From Candidatus Colwellbacteria bacterium (lineage in GTDB: Bacteria; Patescibacteriota; Minisyncoccia; UBA6257; Colwellbacteraceae): DNA of 64,000 bases. The notes under the pieces are model-generated. The model was not told the DNA's origin. It ran no database searches and worked only from the letters and a program-made list of their open reading frames with translations. Made by a program: the position numbers and the translations under genes. Below, piece by piece: positions 44,576 through 53,307 of this stretch (position 1 is the first letter of the stretch; each line of letters starts with the position of its first letter). The stretch covers positions 952 to 64,951 of the forward strand of contig JAQTUL010000007.1 of the NCBI GenBank assembly GCA_028710275.1, given 5' to 3'.

Positions 44576-44977
44576 ATGATGAAGAAGCCTTTGTCTAGTT
44601 ACAGACATCTCTGGAGATTCTTAGCCGCCTTCTGGGCGATATCGATGTATTCGATGGTGATAATAGATTTCGCGACTGACAATGCCTATCAGCAGATACT
44701 TGGTCCACTTTCTGCCATATACATTGCGGCTTTGGCCATATATACCGGAGATAAAGAATTTGACAGGTGGAGCGATTATCATGATAGCCAGCATCCCGGC
44801 GAAATGTTTGTGATAGGATGGACAATCCTTCTTATACTGATAATTTTGGCTGATATCGTGTTCATGAAGCCCTACAAGATGCCGGGAGAGGTTACTTCAA
44901 CCTACATAGCGGTTCTCAGCATACTCGCGATAACGCAGAAATCGAAGAATCTTTATTCAAAGAAGAGAAAGAGATAG
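44576..44977 (+). CDS. hypothetical membrane protein (start moved to an ATG that avoids overlap with the DUF378 gene)
   Basis: four hydrophobic segments; same frame as track ORF 44492..44977. Confidence 0.4.
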   Translation: MMKKPLSSYRHLWRFLAAFWAISMYSMVIIDFATDNAYQQILGPLSAIYIAALAIYTGDKEFDRWSDYHDSQHPGEMFVIGWTILLILIILADIVFMKPYKMPGEVTSTYIAVLSILAITQKSKNLYSKKRKR

Positions 44978-44983
44978 ATACAG

Positions 44984-45055
44984 AAACCCCGCCTTTTATA
45001 AGGGCGGGGTTTCGGGCAGAAAAATCCTCCGTTTTTATGCGGAGGATTTTTTTCT
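44984..45055. terminator. two tandem hairpins with T-runs (bidirectional terminator region)
   Basis: AACCCCGCC...GGGCGGGGTT and ATCCTCCG-tttttatg-CGGAGGAT with TTTTTTT, between convergent genes. Confidence 0.65.
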
Positions 45056-45086
45056 TTGAAGAGTTGCGTTTTTCTCAGGAGAAAAA

Positions 45087-45665
45087 CTAAGCGAAGTAGA
45101 TGCCTCGCTTCTTCATCTCCTGTTCGTACCAAGGCCAAGAGCCTTCGGGGTACGGGTTCACGTCTTTAGTAGGCTCGTATTTCGGGCCGACAGTATCAAC
45201 GGCGTCGGGATAAAAATAGATCTCGATCTTGGCAGTGTTACTTCCGTAGTTCAGTGGAACTTGGAAGATAAACTCGATCTTAACCTTGGTCCCGGAATCA
45301 AGAGTAATGATACCCTCATCAGCGATAGCGCTTAGAGAACGACCATCAACCTTAATATCCGAAAGCCTGAACGGGGAGGATACTATCGACCATTCTATGG
45401 AACGTTCCTTATCGGATGCGTTCTTCAATGAATAGGCGACGGACGTATTTTTACCCTTTCTTACGTTAGGGTTGCCATCGATTGGTACTATCGATAATCC
45501 GTCGTCGTTCTCGGAGATCGAGACGTTACGGACATCGCTAACAGTTCCAATCGATAGCGTCCTTCCCGCCATTTTATCCTCAGTATTTGCGGTTGCGAAT
45601 GTGGGTACGATCAGTACATTCAGGCAAAGCAGTATTGCCAACATGACGCAAAACCTCTTCTTCAT
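45087..45665 (-). CDS. secreted hypothetical protein
   Basis: signal peptide MKKRFCVMLAILLCLNVLIVPTFATA followed by a beta-rich domain. Confidence 0.5.
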   Translation of the reverse strand: MKKRFCVMLAILLCLNVLIVPTFATANTEDKMAGRTLSIGTVSDVRNVSISENDDGLSIVPIDGNPNVRKGKNTSVAYSLKNASDKERSIEWSIVSSPFRLSDIKVDGRSLSAIADEGIITLDSGTKVKIEFIFQVPLNYGSNTAKIEIYFYPDAVDTVGPKYEPTKDVNPYPEGSWPWYEQEMKKRGIYFA

Positions 45666-45820
45666 ATAAAAGACCTCCAATCGCTAAAACGTATTTAGCA
45701 CTGAGCATCAGTACTATGGTGTTTTTATACCATACAAATGACAAATAGTCAAGAGAGACTGAAAATGTGGATATGGCCGTCTGTAATCGAGTGGTCGATA
45801 TAAGCTAGAATTAGCAGTAG

Positions 45821-47092
45821 ATGATAAAGAACCGCTTAGAACTGGCTTCCAATTCTTTGAGGGAGGCAGCCCTCCAGATAATTGAGGCCGGTCTTCATGC
45901 CATAGATCCAGAAGTTGCTCTTCAGAGTAAGGTATCCATGAAGGGTGGCGTGTTATTAATAGGCAAGGAAAAATTCGATATGAGTAAATATCGGAAGGTA
46001 TTCGTTGTTGGAATAGGAAAGGCTTCTTTTTTAACAGCGAAGTTTCTCGAGCGGATGTTGGGCGATAGGATATCAGACGGCGTCGTGATAGACGTGATAG
46101 AGGGAAGACTAAATCATATAAGGAGCTATAAAGGAACTCATCCTCTTCCGACGGAGGTGAATATTCGCGCGACGAATGAGGTGATAAAGCTTCTTTCTAG
46201 CGCTGGTAAGAGGGATCTTGTAATAGCAATTATCTCCGGAGGCGGATCATCTCTTCTTTGTCAGCCTAATAAGATGACGTGTATTTCTCTGCAACAGGTA
46301 ACCGAGATTCTCTTTAAGAACGGGGCGGATATAAAGGATATGAATACACTTCGAAAGCATATATCGAAGATTCATGGAGGTAATCTTGCAAAGATAGCAT
46401 ACCCGGCCACGGTTGCATCCCTTATATTTTCCGACGTACCCTTCAATGACTTGTCTTTTGTCGCATCTGGTCCGACTTATCCGGACAAGACCACAAAAGC
46501 TGATGCTGAGAAAATAGTTAAAAAGTACGACCTGCCTAAAATACCACTTATTGATACTCCTAAGGACCAGAAATACTTCGACAAGGTCTCTAACACGTTG
46601 GTATTGAGTAATAAAGTTGCTCTTAAGGCGATGAAGAAGAGAGCGGAAGAACTTGGATTTCCGTCCCGGACTTGCGTGAGTTGTTTGAAAGGGGAGGCCA
46701 GACTGGTTGGCGCGCGACTGATATCAAAACTTAAAGGAAAAAAGGCCGCATTGATTGCTGGAGGAGAAACAATAGTCTTCGTTAAGAAGAAGGGTAAAGG
46801 AGGAAGGAATCTAGAGGTAGTGCTCGGCGCTCTCAGTCATATCAGGAAGGGAGAAGTGATTATCTCAATCGCATCCGACGGAAAGGATCATATAAAGGAA
46901 GCGGCCGGAGCGATAGGGGACATGGAGCTCCGCGCTGCGATGGAGGCTAAGGGGTATGATCCAGAGATATTTTTGAATGATAACCGCTCGTTCGATTTTT
47001 TCGTCGATCTCAAAGGGGTTATAGTCATGGAACCGACAGGGAGTAACGTTTCAGATTTGGTACTTATCCTTAGGGATGGGACCGATGGATAA
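45821..47092 (+). CDS. glycerate kinase (MOFRL family, glycerate 2-kinase-like)
   Basis: 423 aa; DUF4147/MOFRL-like pattern (KVFVVGIGKAS...IISGGGSSLL...GETIV...GGRN). Confidence 0.7.
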   Translation: MIKNRLELASNSLREAALQIIEAGLHAIDPEVALQSKVSMKGGVLLIGKEKFDMSKYRKVFVVGIGKASFLTAKFLERMLGDRISDGVVIDVIEGRLNHIRSYKGTHPLPTEVNIRATNEVIKLLSSAGKRDLVIAIISGGGSSLLCQPNKMTCISLQQVTEILFKNGADIKDMNTLRKHISKIHGGNLAKIAYPATVASLIFSDVPFNDLSFVASGPTYPDKTTKADAEKIVKKYDLPKIPLIDTPKDQKYFDKVSNTLVLSNKVALKAMKKRAEELGFPSRTCVSCLKGEARLVGARLISKLKGKKAALIAGGETIVFVKKKGKGGRNLEVVLGALSHIRKGEVIISIASDGKDHIKEAAGAIGDMELRAAMEAKGYDPEIFLNDNRSFDFFVDLKGVIVMEPTGSNVSDLVLILRDGTDG

Positions 47093-47198
47093 GTCTTATC
47101 GAAGAAGACGGATTATAACAGGTTCTTCTTTGACAAAATCTTTAAAATGTGATATATTTTCGGCGGTTGATTTAAGAATTGAATAAGGAGGAAATTTT

Positions 47199-47519
47199 AT
47201 GTTTTTAAAATTTTTGAGTCCAGTGTACGGGAAAAAGCATATAATAGATGCTTTTTATTCATTTATGAGAGATAATCCCGGCGATTTCTCCAGTAGCGAC
47301 AGGTCATCGACGATTCACGCTTTGGGGTTTCTAGTGGCGTTCTGCTATACAATTATATTCTCAGGATTCGTCATTCTTGCGATATCAATACTGATGGCAG
47401 GTCAAAAAGGAGTATGGATGTGGATATGTAGTGGAAGCGGCATTGTTTTCATCGGCTATCTATTCCTGATAGTTGCATACTGGATGTTTGGTCGTCTTGG
47501 CAAGAATGCCAAACAATGA
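47199..47519 (+). CDS. hypothetical small membrane protein
   Basis: RBS AAGGAGGA upstream; three hydrophobic helices. Confidence 0.45.
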   Translation: MFLKFLSPVYGKKHIIDAFYSFMRDNPGDFSSSDRSSTIHALGFLVAFCYTIIFSGFVILAISILMAGQKGVWMWICSGSGIVFIGYLFLIVAYWMFGRLGKNAKQ

Positions 47520-47575
47520 GCTGTCTTTAAAGGCAGCTCTTTTTTATACCCATCTCATCGAGTAAAATTACATAC

Positions 47576-49957
47576 ATGCGGAACATTATCTGGTTCAAAG
47601 AGTTGGGAATAGAGGATGTCCCGGAAGTCGGAGGCAAGAACGCCTCCCTGGGAGAGATGTACAACGATCTCACTCCGAAGGGAATAAGGATACCGGATGG
47701 ATTTGCCATAACGTCCGGAGCCTATAAATATTTTCTTGATAAAGCCGGACTGGCAGAGCGAATGACTGAGGCATTGAAAGGTCTTGATACTAAGAAAATA
47801 GCGAATCTTCAGGCAAGAGGAAAAAAAATAAGGGAGATGATGGTGGCGACTAAGCTGCCATCCGATCTTGAAGACGAGATATCTTCTGCCTATAGGAAGA
47901 TGTGCGAGGAGTTCGGACGCAAGAATATTGATGTGGCAGTGCGGAGCTCCGCTACGGCAGAGGATCTTCCTGGGGCATCGTTCGCCGGACAGCAGGAGAC
48001 ATATCTTAATATAACAGGAGAGAAGGCTTTACTTATCGCCGTAAGAAAATGTTTCGCCTCGCTGTTTACTGATAGGGCCATATCATATCGTGAGGATAAA
48101 GGATTCGACCATATGAAGACCTATCTTTCTGTCGGAGTGCAAAAGATGGTCCGATCAGACAAAGCGTCTTCAGGGGTCGCTTTTACCATCGATACGGAAA
48201 CTGGTTTCAAGAACGCGGTGGTAGTGACAGGGTCTTGGGGATTGGGGGAACTAGTGGTCCAAGGAGAGGTTATCCCAGATGAGTTCAAGGTGTTTAAACC
48301 AACCCTAAAGGAGGGTTATAGATCGATAATAGGAAGAGAACTTGGTACTAAGGAGATAACAATGGTCTATGGAGCGAAGGGAAACGTAACGAAGACCGTG
48401 AGAACTTCGGATAATAAAAGGGCCCAGTTCATACTTTCCGATGATGAGGTGGTAGAGCTTGCCAAATGGTGTGTGATGATAGAGGACCATTATAAAAAGC
48501 CGATGGATATAGAGTGGGCTAAGGATGGTGTTACTGGAGAGCTCTTTATAGTGCAGGCGAGGCCAGAGACAGTCCAAGCCGGAAAGGAGGAGGGATCGAT
48601 AGAGGATTACATCATGCATAAGGCTGCGGGTAAACTTCTTGCGAAGGGAGCAGCTGTCGGCTCTAAAATAGCCGAAGGAAAGGCCAACATCATAAAAGAT
48701 GTCAGAGGCATAAAGACATTTAAAAAAGGGGAAGTGCTTGTGACTAAGATGACTGACCCCGATTGGGAGCCAATCATGAAGATAGCGGCTGCAATAGTAA
48801 CCGATGAGGGAGGCCGAACCTCCCATGCGGCCATAGTATCGAGAGAGCTTGGTATTCCGTGTATAGTCGGTTCAGGGAACGCAACGAAGAACATTAGGCC
48901 GGGACAGCTCGTGACCGTCGATTGTTCGACGGGGGGAGAGGGTAATGTTTGGAATGGAAAAGCAGAGTGGGAAGTGAAGAGATATAAGGTGGATATGAGC
49001 GTTCGGCCTAAGACGAAGATAATGATGAACATCGGAAGTCCGGATGAGGCTTTTGAAGCATCCTTCCTTCCTAATGACGGGGTTGGTCTTGCCAGAGAGG
49101 AGTTCATCATAGCGGGACATATCAAGGTTCATCCGATGGCACTCATTGAGTTTGCTAAATTAAAGGACAAGAAAGCGAAAGCTGAAATAGAAAAACTGAC
49201 CCGTGGGTATAAAAAGAAGACCGATTTCTATGTCGATAAGCTCGCAGAGGGTATCGGCCAGATAGCGGCGGCGTTCTATCCTAAGCCAGTCATATTACGC
49301 TTCTCCGATTTCAAGACCAACGAATACGCAACTCTTCTTGGCGGAAAGGAATTTGAGCCGGAAGAATCTAACCCGATGATCGGATGGCGCGGAGCTTCCC
49401 GTTATTATCATCCGGCTTTCGAGAAAGCGTTTGGTCTAGAATGTGAAGCAGTAAAGAGGGTGCGCGAGGAATTCGGTCTTAAAAATCTGGTTGTAATGGT
49501 GCCATTTTGCAGAACGGTTGATGAGGGTAAACAGGTTATCGCGAAGATGGCTGAATACGGGCTAAAACAGGGAGATGATGGCCTGAAGGTTTACGCGATG
49601 TGCGAAATACCCTCGAACGTTATTTTGGCTGATGAATTTCTTTCGGTCTTCGATGGTTTCAGTATCGGATCGAACGACCTCACCCAGCTTACTGTTGGTA
49701 TCGACCGCGACAGTACTTCTCTCGGATATATAGCGAACGAGAAGGATGGGGCCGTTAAAAAGCTTATATCTCAGGTCATTAAGGCAGCGAACGCCAAAGG
49801 AAAGTACATTGGCATTTGCGGTCAAGCTCCTTCAGACTATGAGGATTTTGCTACATTCCTTGTGGAGGAGGGGATACATAGCATGTCCCTTAATCCCGAT
49901 ACCGTTATAAAGACAACGACGGCAATAATAGAGAAAGAGAGAAAGTTGGGAAAATAA
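47576..49957 (+). CDS. ppsA: phosphoenolpyruvate synthase (pyruvate, water dikinase)
   Basis: N-terminal ATP-grasp (WF.ELG..DV..VGGKNASLGEM), phosphohistidine domain TDEGGRTSHAAIVSRELGIPCIVG, C-terminal PEP-utilising TIM-barrel domain. Confidence 0.9.
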   Translation: MRNIIWFKELGIEDVPEVGGKNASLGEMYNDLTPKGIRIPDGFAITSGAYKYFLDKAGLAERMTEALKGLDTKKIANLQARGKKIREMMVATKLPSDLEDEISSAYRKMCEEFGRKNIDVAVRSSATAEDLPGASFAGQQETYLNITGEKALLIAVRKCFASLFTDRAISYREDKGFDHMKTYLSVGVQKMVRSDKASSGVAFTIDTETGFKNAVVVTGSWGLGELVVQGEVIPDEFKVFKPTLKEGYRSIIGRELGTKEITMVYGAKGNVTKTVRTSDNKRAQFILSDDEVVELAKWCVMIEDHYKKPMDIEWAKDGVTGELFIVQARPETVQAGKEEGSIEDYIMHKAAGKLLAKGAAVGSKIAEGKANIIKDVRGIKTFKKGEVLVTKMTDPDWEPIMKIAAAIVTDEGGRTSHAAIVSRELGIPCIVGSGNATKNIRPGQLVTVDCSTGGEGNVWNGKAEWEVKRYKVDMSVRPKTKIMMNIGSPDEAFEASFLPNDGVGLAREEFIIAGHIKVHPMALIEFAKLKDKKAKAEIEKLTRGYKKKTDFYVDKLAEGIGQIAAAFYPKPVILRFSDFKTNEYATLLGGKEFEPEESNPMIGWRGASRYYHPAFEKAFGLECEAVKRVREEFGLKNLVVMVPFCRTVDEGKQVIAKMAEYGLKQGDDGLKVYAMCEIPSNVILADEFLSVFDGFSIGSNDLTQLTVGIDRDSTSLGYIANEKDGAVKKLISQVIKAANAKGKYIGICGQAPSDYEDFATFLVEEGIHSMSLNPDTVIKTTTAIIEKERKLGK

Positions 49958-49959
49958 GA

Positions 49960-49988
49960 AAGGCCCCGCGAGAGCGGGGCCTTTCTTA
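49960..49988. terminator. bidirectional terminator (GGCCCCGC-gaga-GCGGGGCC)
   Basis: 8-bp GC stem between convergent ppsA and the methyltransferase gene, flanked by A-rich and T-rich runs. Confidence 0.7.
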
Positions 49989-49996
49989 GAAGTGAT

Positions 49997-50677
49997 TTAT
50001 TTCTTTTCTGCGAGCACGATACCGTAGATTACGGGTATGTTGTCGACGGTCTTGTGGTAGGCAGTGAATTCCTCATCCTGAAGGACTTCCAGGTTAAGGT
50101 CATTCATAATCTTCGTAATCTCTTCTTTTGTATGTCTGTATACAAGAAAAGAAAGAAGCTCCGGGATTGGATTAGCTATGCCTTTTCCTAGTTCTGCCTC
50201 TTTCCATTTCTGGAGTCTGCTTTCTTCTAAAAGTTTTTCATAGGTGAAACATATTTTTCCGGAAGGCTTCAATAACTCAGAGATGTTTTTAAGGACTTTT
50301 TTGATATCGGAAACGAATTCCAATGCGCCGGAGGCAATTATGATGTCAAACCTTTTATCCTCCAAAAAAGAGAAGCCCTCTTCTATATTCTGTTTATGAA
50401 TTTTCCACTCAGGAAATTTGGAAGCGGCTTCCGCAATCATTTCTTTAGAGATATCGATGCCGGTGATTTTACAACCTTTTTTAAAAAGAGGCTTTGATGA
50501 TCTTCCTGTTCCAATTCCAATGTCGAGGACCTCGCATCCTTGTTTCGCGTAAGGGGCTGTGAGCTCTTCTATTTTTCGCGGCGCGACCCAGGGATGATCC
50601 CTGTCTGAGGTTGCTTCGTCGTAGATTGCTGATAGTTTGTCGTTGTACTGTTCCAGGATTTCTATTTTTTGCTTCAT
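49997..50677 (-). CDS. class I SAM-dependent methyltransferase
   Basis: motif I VLDIGIGTGRSS, post-I acidic residue, motif II/III spacing. Confidence 0.7.
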   Translation of the reverse strand: MKQKIEILEQYNDKLSAIYDEATSDRDHPWVAPRKIEELTAPYAKQGCEVLDIGIGTGRSSKPLFKKGCKITGIDISKEMIAEAASKFPEWKIHKQNIEEGFSFLEDKRFDIIIASGALEFVSDIKKVLKNISELLKPSGKICFTYEKLLEESRLQKWKEAELGKGIANPIPELLSFLVYRHTKEEITKIMNDLNLEVLQDEEFTAYHKTVDNIPVIYGIVLAEKK

Positions 50678-50777
50678 CAGATGGAAAATATTCCGGTTAA
50701 TTTTATACCGAAGGGATCTATTTTGCGACTCGATCGATTAAAGGCTCATCAGACTGGTTTTTGTTATAATCAATAAT

Positions 50778-51785
50778 ATGAAAATAGCGTTTTTTGAAAC
50801 GGAACCTTGGGAAGAGGAATACCTCCAGTCTAAGCTTCAGGGCCATGAGCTTTCTTTCTCAGCTGAACGTATAGATAGTGAGCATATGCCGGAAGCTAAA
50901 GATTATGATTCGATATCCGTTTTCACAAACTGTCGTGTCGACCGGGCTATTATTGAATCTTTGCCGAACCTTAAATTCGTGACGACTAGGTCCACCGGCT
51001 ATGACCATATCGACCTTAACGCTCTCTCGGAAAAAAACATCCCTTCTTATTCCGTTCCATCATATGGAGAGAACACTGTGGCGGAGTTTGCCTTCGGTCT
51101 ACTTCTCACTATATCGAGGAAAATATCTATCTCATACGACCGGATCAAAGAAGATGGATCATTCGATCTCGATGGCCTTCAGGGGTTTGATCTTATGGGT
51201 AAGACTATTGGTGTCGTAGGTACCGGACGTATAGGTAGGCACTCGGTAAAGATAGCTAAAGGATTCGGAATGGATGTTATCGCATATGACGCGATGCCGA
51301 ATCCAGCCTTCGAGACAGAATTGGGATTCAAATACGTTTCATTAGAGGAGCTACTCGGAAGATCGGATGTTATAACAATCCATGTACCGGAACTTCCGTC
51401 TACCCGTCATCTCATAAATATGTCGAATATTTCGCTTATCAAGAAAGGAGCAATCCTTATAAATACCGCAAGGGGTTCGATAGTGGAAACGGCAGCGCTT
51501 GTGAAGGCTTTAAATGATGGGATACTTGGCGGAGCGGGGCTGGATGTCTTTGAGGAGGAAATACCGACTAAGGATGAAAGGGAATTTTTAACTACTGGAA
51601 AGACTCAAGGGCACGATCTACTTACCGTTCTTCAAAACCATCTTTTAATAGATATGCCGAACGTGATTATAACGCCTCATAACGCCTTCAATACCAGAGA
51701 GGCTTTACAGAGAATACTTGATACGACGATTGAAAACATTGAAGGTTTTGCATCCGGATCAGTCAAGAACCTTATAAAAGCCTGA
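50778..51785 (+). CDS. D-isomer-specific 2-hydroxyacid dehydrogenase (D-lactate/hydroxypyruvate/glycerate dehydrogenase-like)
   Basis: NAD-binding GVVGTGRIGRHSVKIAKGFGMDVIAYD; catalytic R/E/H positions (TARG, PH). Confidence 0.85.
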   Translation: MKIAFFETEPWEEEYLQSKLQGHELSFSAERIDSEHMPEAKDYDSISVFTNCRVDRAIIESLPNLKFVTTRSTGYDHIDLNALSEKNIPSYSVPSYGENTVAEFAFGLLLTISRKISISYDRIKEDGSFDLDGLQGFDLMGKTIGVVGTGRIGRHSVKIAKGFGMDVIAYDAMPNPAFETELGFKYVSLEELLGRSDVITIHVPELPSTRHLINMSNISLIKKGAILINTARGSIVETAALVKALNDGILGGAGLDVFEEEIPTKDEREFLTTGKTQGHDLLTVLQNHLLIDMPNVIITPHNAFNTREALQRILDTTIENIEGFASGSVKNLIKA

Positions 51786-52240
51786 TGAAGGAGAGGAAAC
51801 TAATAGGCTCTCTCAAGGCGGGAGTGATTATCGCGATATCGGCGATGCTAGGAGAGGTTCTTGCAACACCGATAGCTGTCATCGTGGTCCTAATACTTCT
51901 CTCGACCGGAACTATATCTTCAGTGGTTGGTACGGCTATATCCTTTATCGGTGTCATTCTGGGTACTATTATAGGCTCTTGTATCGTATCAAGAAGAGGA
52001 ATCTTGCCGGATAAGGTGGCTAAGGCCGCCGTGATAGGCGCAACTATAGCGGCGGTAGTTTCGCTTATTATGGGAGGAGCAACCCTTGCTATCGGGGCAT
52101 TGGCTGGTGAGAGCGGCGTATCCTTTATAATGACCATCATCGAAGCGGGCATGCGGTGGGTAATCATCTATGCTGTCTCCTTATCGGTTATCAAGGTGAC
52201 CAAAAAAAGAAAACTTGAAGAAGGCAGTTCTACCCATTAG
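51785..52240 (+). CDS. hypothetical Gly/Ala/Ile-rich membrane protein
   Basis: ATG overlaps the upstream stop (TGATG); four hydrophobic helices. Confidence 0.45.
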   Translation: MKERKLIGSLKAGVIIAISAMLGEVLATPIAVIVVLILLSTGTISSVVGTAISFIGVILGTIIGSCIVSRRGILPDKVAKAAVIGATIAAVVSLIMGGATLAIGALAGESGVSFIMTIIEAGMRWVIIYAVSLSVIKVTKKRKLEEGSSTH

Positions 52241-52291
52241 ACTTAATTTCGTCGATTGGAACGTTGCGTATAAAATAAAAAAAGAAATAAA

Positions 52292-52489
52292 ATGGGAGTA
52301 TTCGACCAGTTCAAAGCGGCTCAGGAAATGATGAAGAATATGAGTCCAGACCAGCTTAAACAAATGATGGAACAAGCTAAGGAGAGCCAGAAGATGCTTG
52401 AGGATATGATAAAGAAATCTATCGATAAGGCGATAAAGGATAAGGACCTTGTTTCAAGAGATGAGGTCAGAAAGATGATAGGAAAATAG
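52292..52489 (+). CDS. hypothetical small helical protein
   Basis: 65-aa ORF followed by a strong terminator. Confidence 0.4.
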   Translation: MGVFDQFKAAQEMMKNMSPDQLKQMMEQAKESQKMLEDMIKKSIDKAIKDKDLVSRDEVRKMIGK

Positions 52490-52496
52490 GATAAGA

Positions 52497-52523
52497 AAAG
52501 CTCCCCTGGACGGGGAGCTTTTA
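52497..52523 (+). terminator. rho-independent terminator (GCTCCCC-tgga-CGGGGAGC followed by TTTT)
   Basis: perfect 8-bp stem followed by a T-run. Confidence 0.75.
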
Positions 52524-52534
52524 GTATATATTAT

Positions 52535-52558
52535 CGACGAGAGGTTTCCCTCTCGTCG
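52535..52558 (-). terminator. hairpin CGACGAGAGG-tttc-CCTCTCGTCG, likely terminator of the minus-strand membrane-protein gene
   Basis: perfect 10-bp stem 25 nt downstream of the minus-strand stop. Confidence 0.5.
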
Positions 52559-52582
52559 TAGTTATCATCGGTGCCTTTTTGT

Positions 52583-52972
52583 TTATCGGGATTTACTCCA
52601 GATAATGACGTATCCGGCGGCCAGGGCCGACAGGATCATCAGTATGAAGGACGACCATCCGAGAGTATCGGCATTTTCCGAGAGGTAGCACCAGATTGGC
52701 ACCATAGCCGTGAAGACGGCGGCCTCATAGAAAGCCCATTTAGTCAGCAGCATTTTCTTTGGCAGAGCTACTCCGATTGCTGTTATGGCGATGACGGATG
52801 CTCCCACAAAGACCGCAAGCGGCAGTGTTTCTTTGAAGAGTACATAGCCTGGTATGAGCGCCGCGAGCGCTATCAATATCATCAGCGGATTAAGGTGTTT
52901 CCTTGTCGGAAAGGCCGATGAAAGCCTTATTAGCAATATTCTCATATTAAGGACCCCCTTTCGTAAGTCCAA
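52583..52972 (-). CDS. hypothetical membrane protein
   Basis: 129 aa with four hydrophobic helices. Confidence 0.45.
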   Translation of the reverse strand: MDLRKGVLNMRILLIRLSSAFPTRKHLNPLMILIALAALIPGYVLFKETLPLAVFVGASVIAITAIGVALPKKMLLTKWAFYEAAVFTAMVPIWCYLSENADTLGWSSFILMILSALAAGYVIIWSKSR

Positions 52973-53094
52973 AGATATCAGGAAAGAATAGATTTTGAAA
53001 GAGTGAGATATTAAAAAGGAAAATGAGCTTGGATGGCAGTAATTTTCGGAATATTTGAATTAGTGAAAAATTCTCTTATAATCAGCGAGTTATT

Positions 53095-53165
53095 GGGCCT
53101 GTAGTAAAGTGGTATTACACGGCATTCGCATTGCCGGGTCAGGGGTTCGATTCCCCTCAGGTCCA
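53095..53165 (+). tRNA. tRNA-Ala (anticodon CGC)
   Basis: acceptor GGGCCTG/CAGGTCC with the G3:U70 Ala identity pair, D stem GTAA/TTAC, anticodon stem CGGCA/TGCCG with loop TTCGCAT, T-arm AGGGG-TTCGATT-CCCCT. Confidence 0.8.
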
Positions 53166-53206
53166 CATAATAAAAGAGCTCCTCAGGGAGCTCTTTTATT
53201 ATGTGG
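53163..53206. terminator. perfect 20-bp-stem palindrome (CCACATAATAAAAGAGCTCC-tcag-GGAGCTCTTTTATTATGTGG) overlapping the tRNA-Ala 3' end; bidirectional terminator-like
   Basis: exact inverted repeat verified base by base; the inner part is a classic terminator with a T-run. Confidence 0.7.
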
Positions 53207-53307
53207 TGGGGAATCGAACCCCCAGGTAAGAAAGACGATTCGTAGAGATAAGTCTTCATACGATAAATTTTTTATTAGAGATAATTCAGTAAATGAGGGA
53301 GGGGTGA

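Noticed and set aside
53205-53275. Minus-strand tRNA gene downstream of tRNA-Ala
   Set aside because: Only a T-arm-like GGGGG-TTCGATT-CCCC segment and a loose stem are present. There is no complementary 5' acceptor strand and no proper anticodon arm, so it is treated as a fragment or hairpin.
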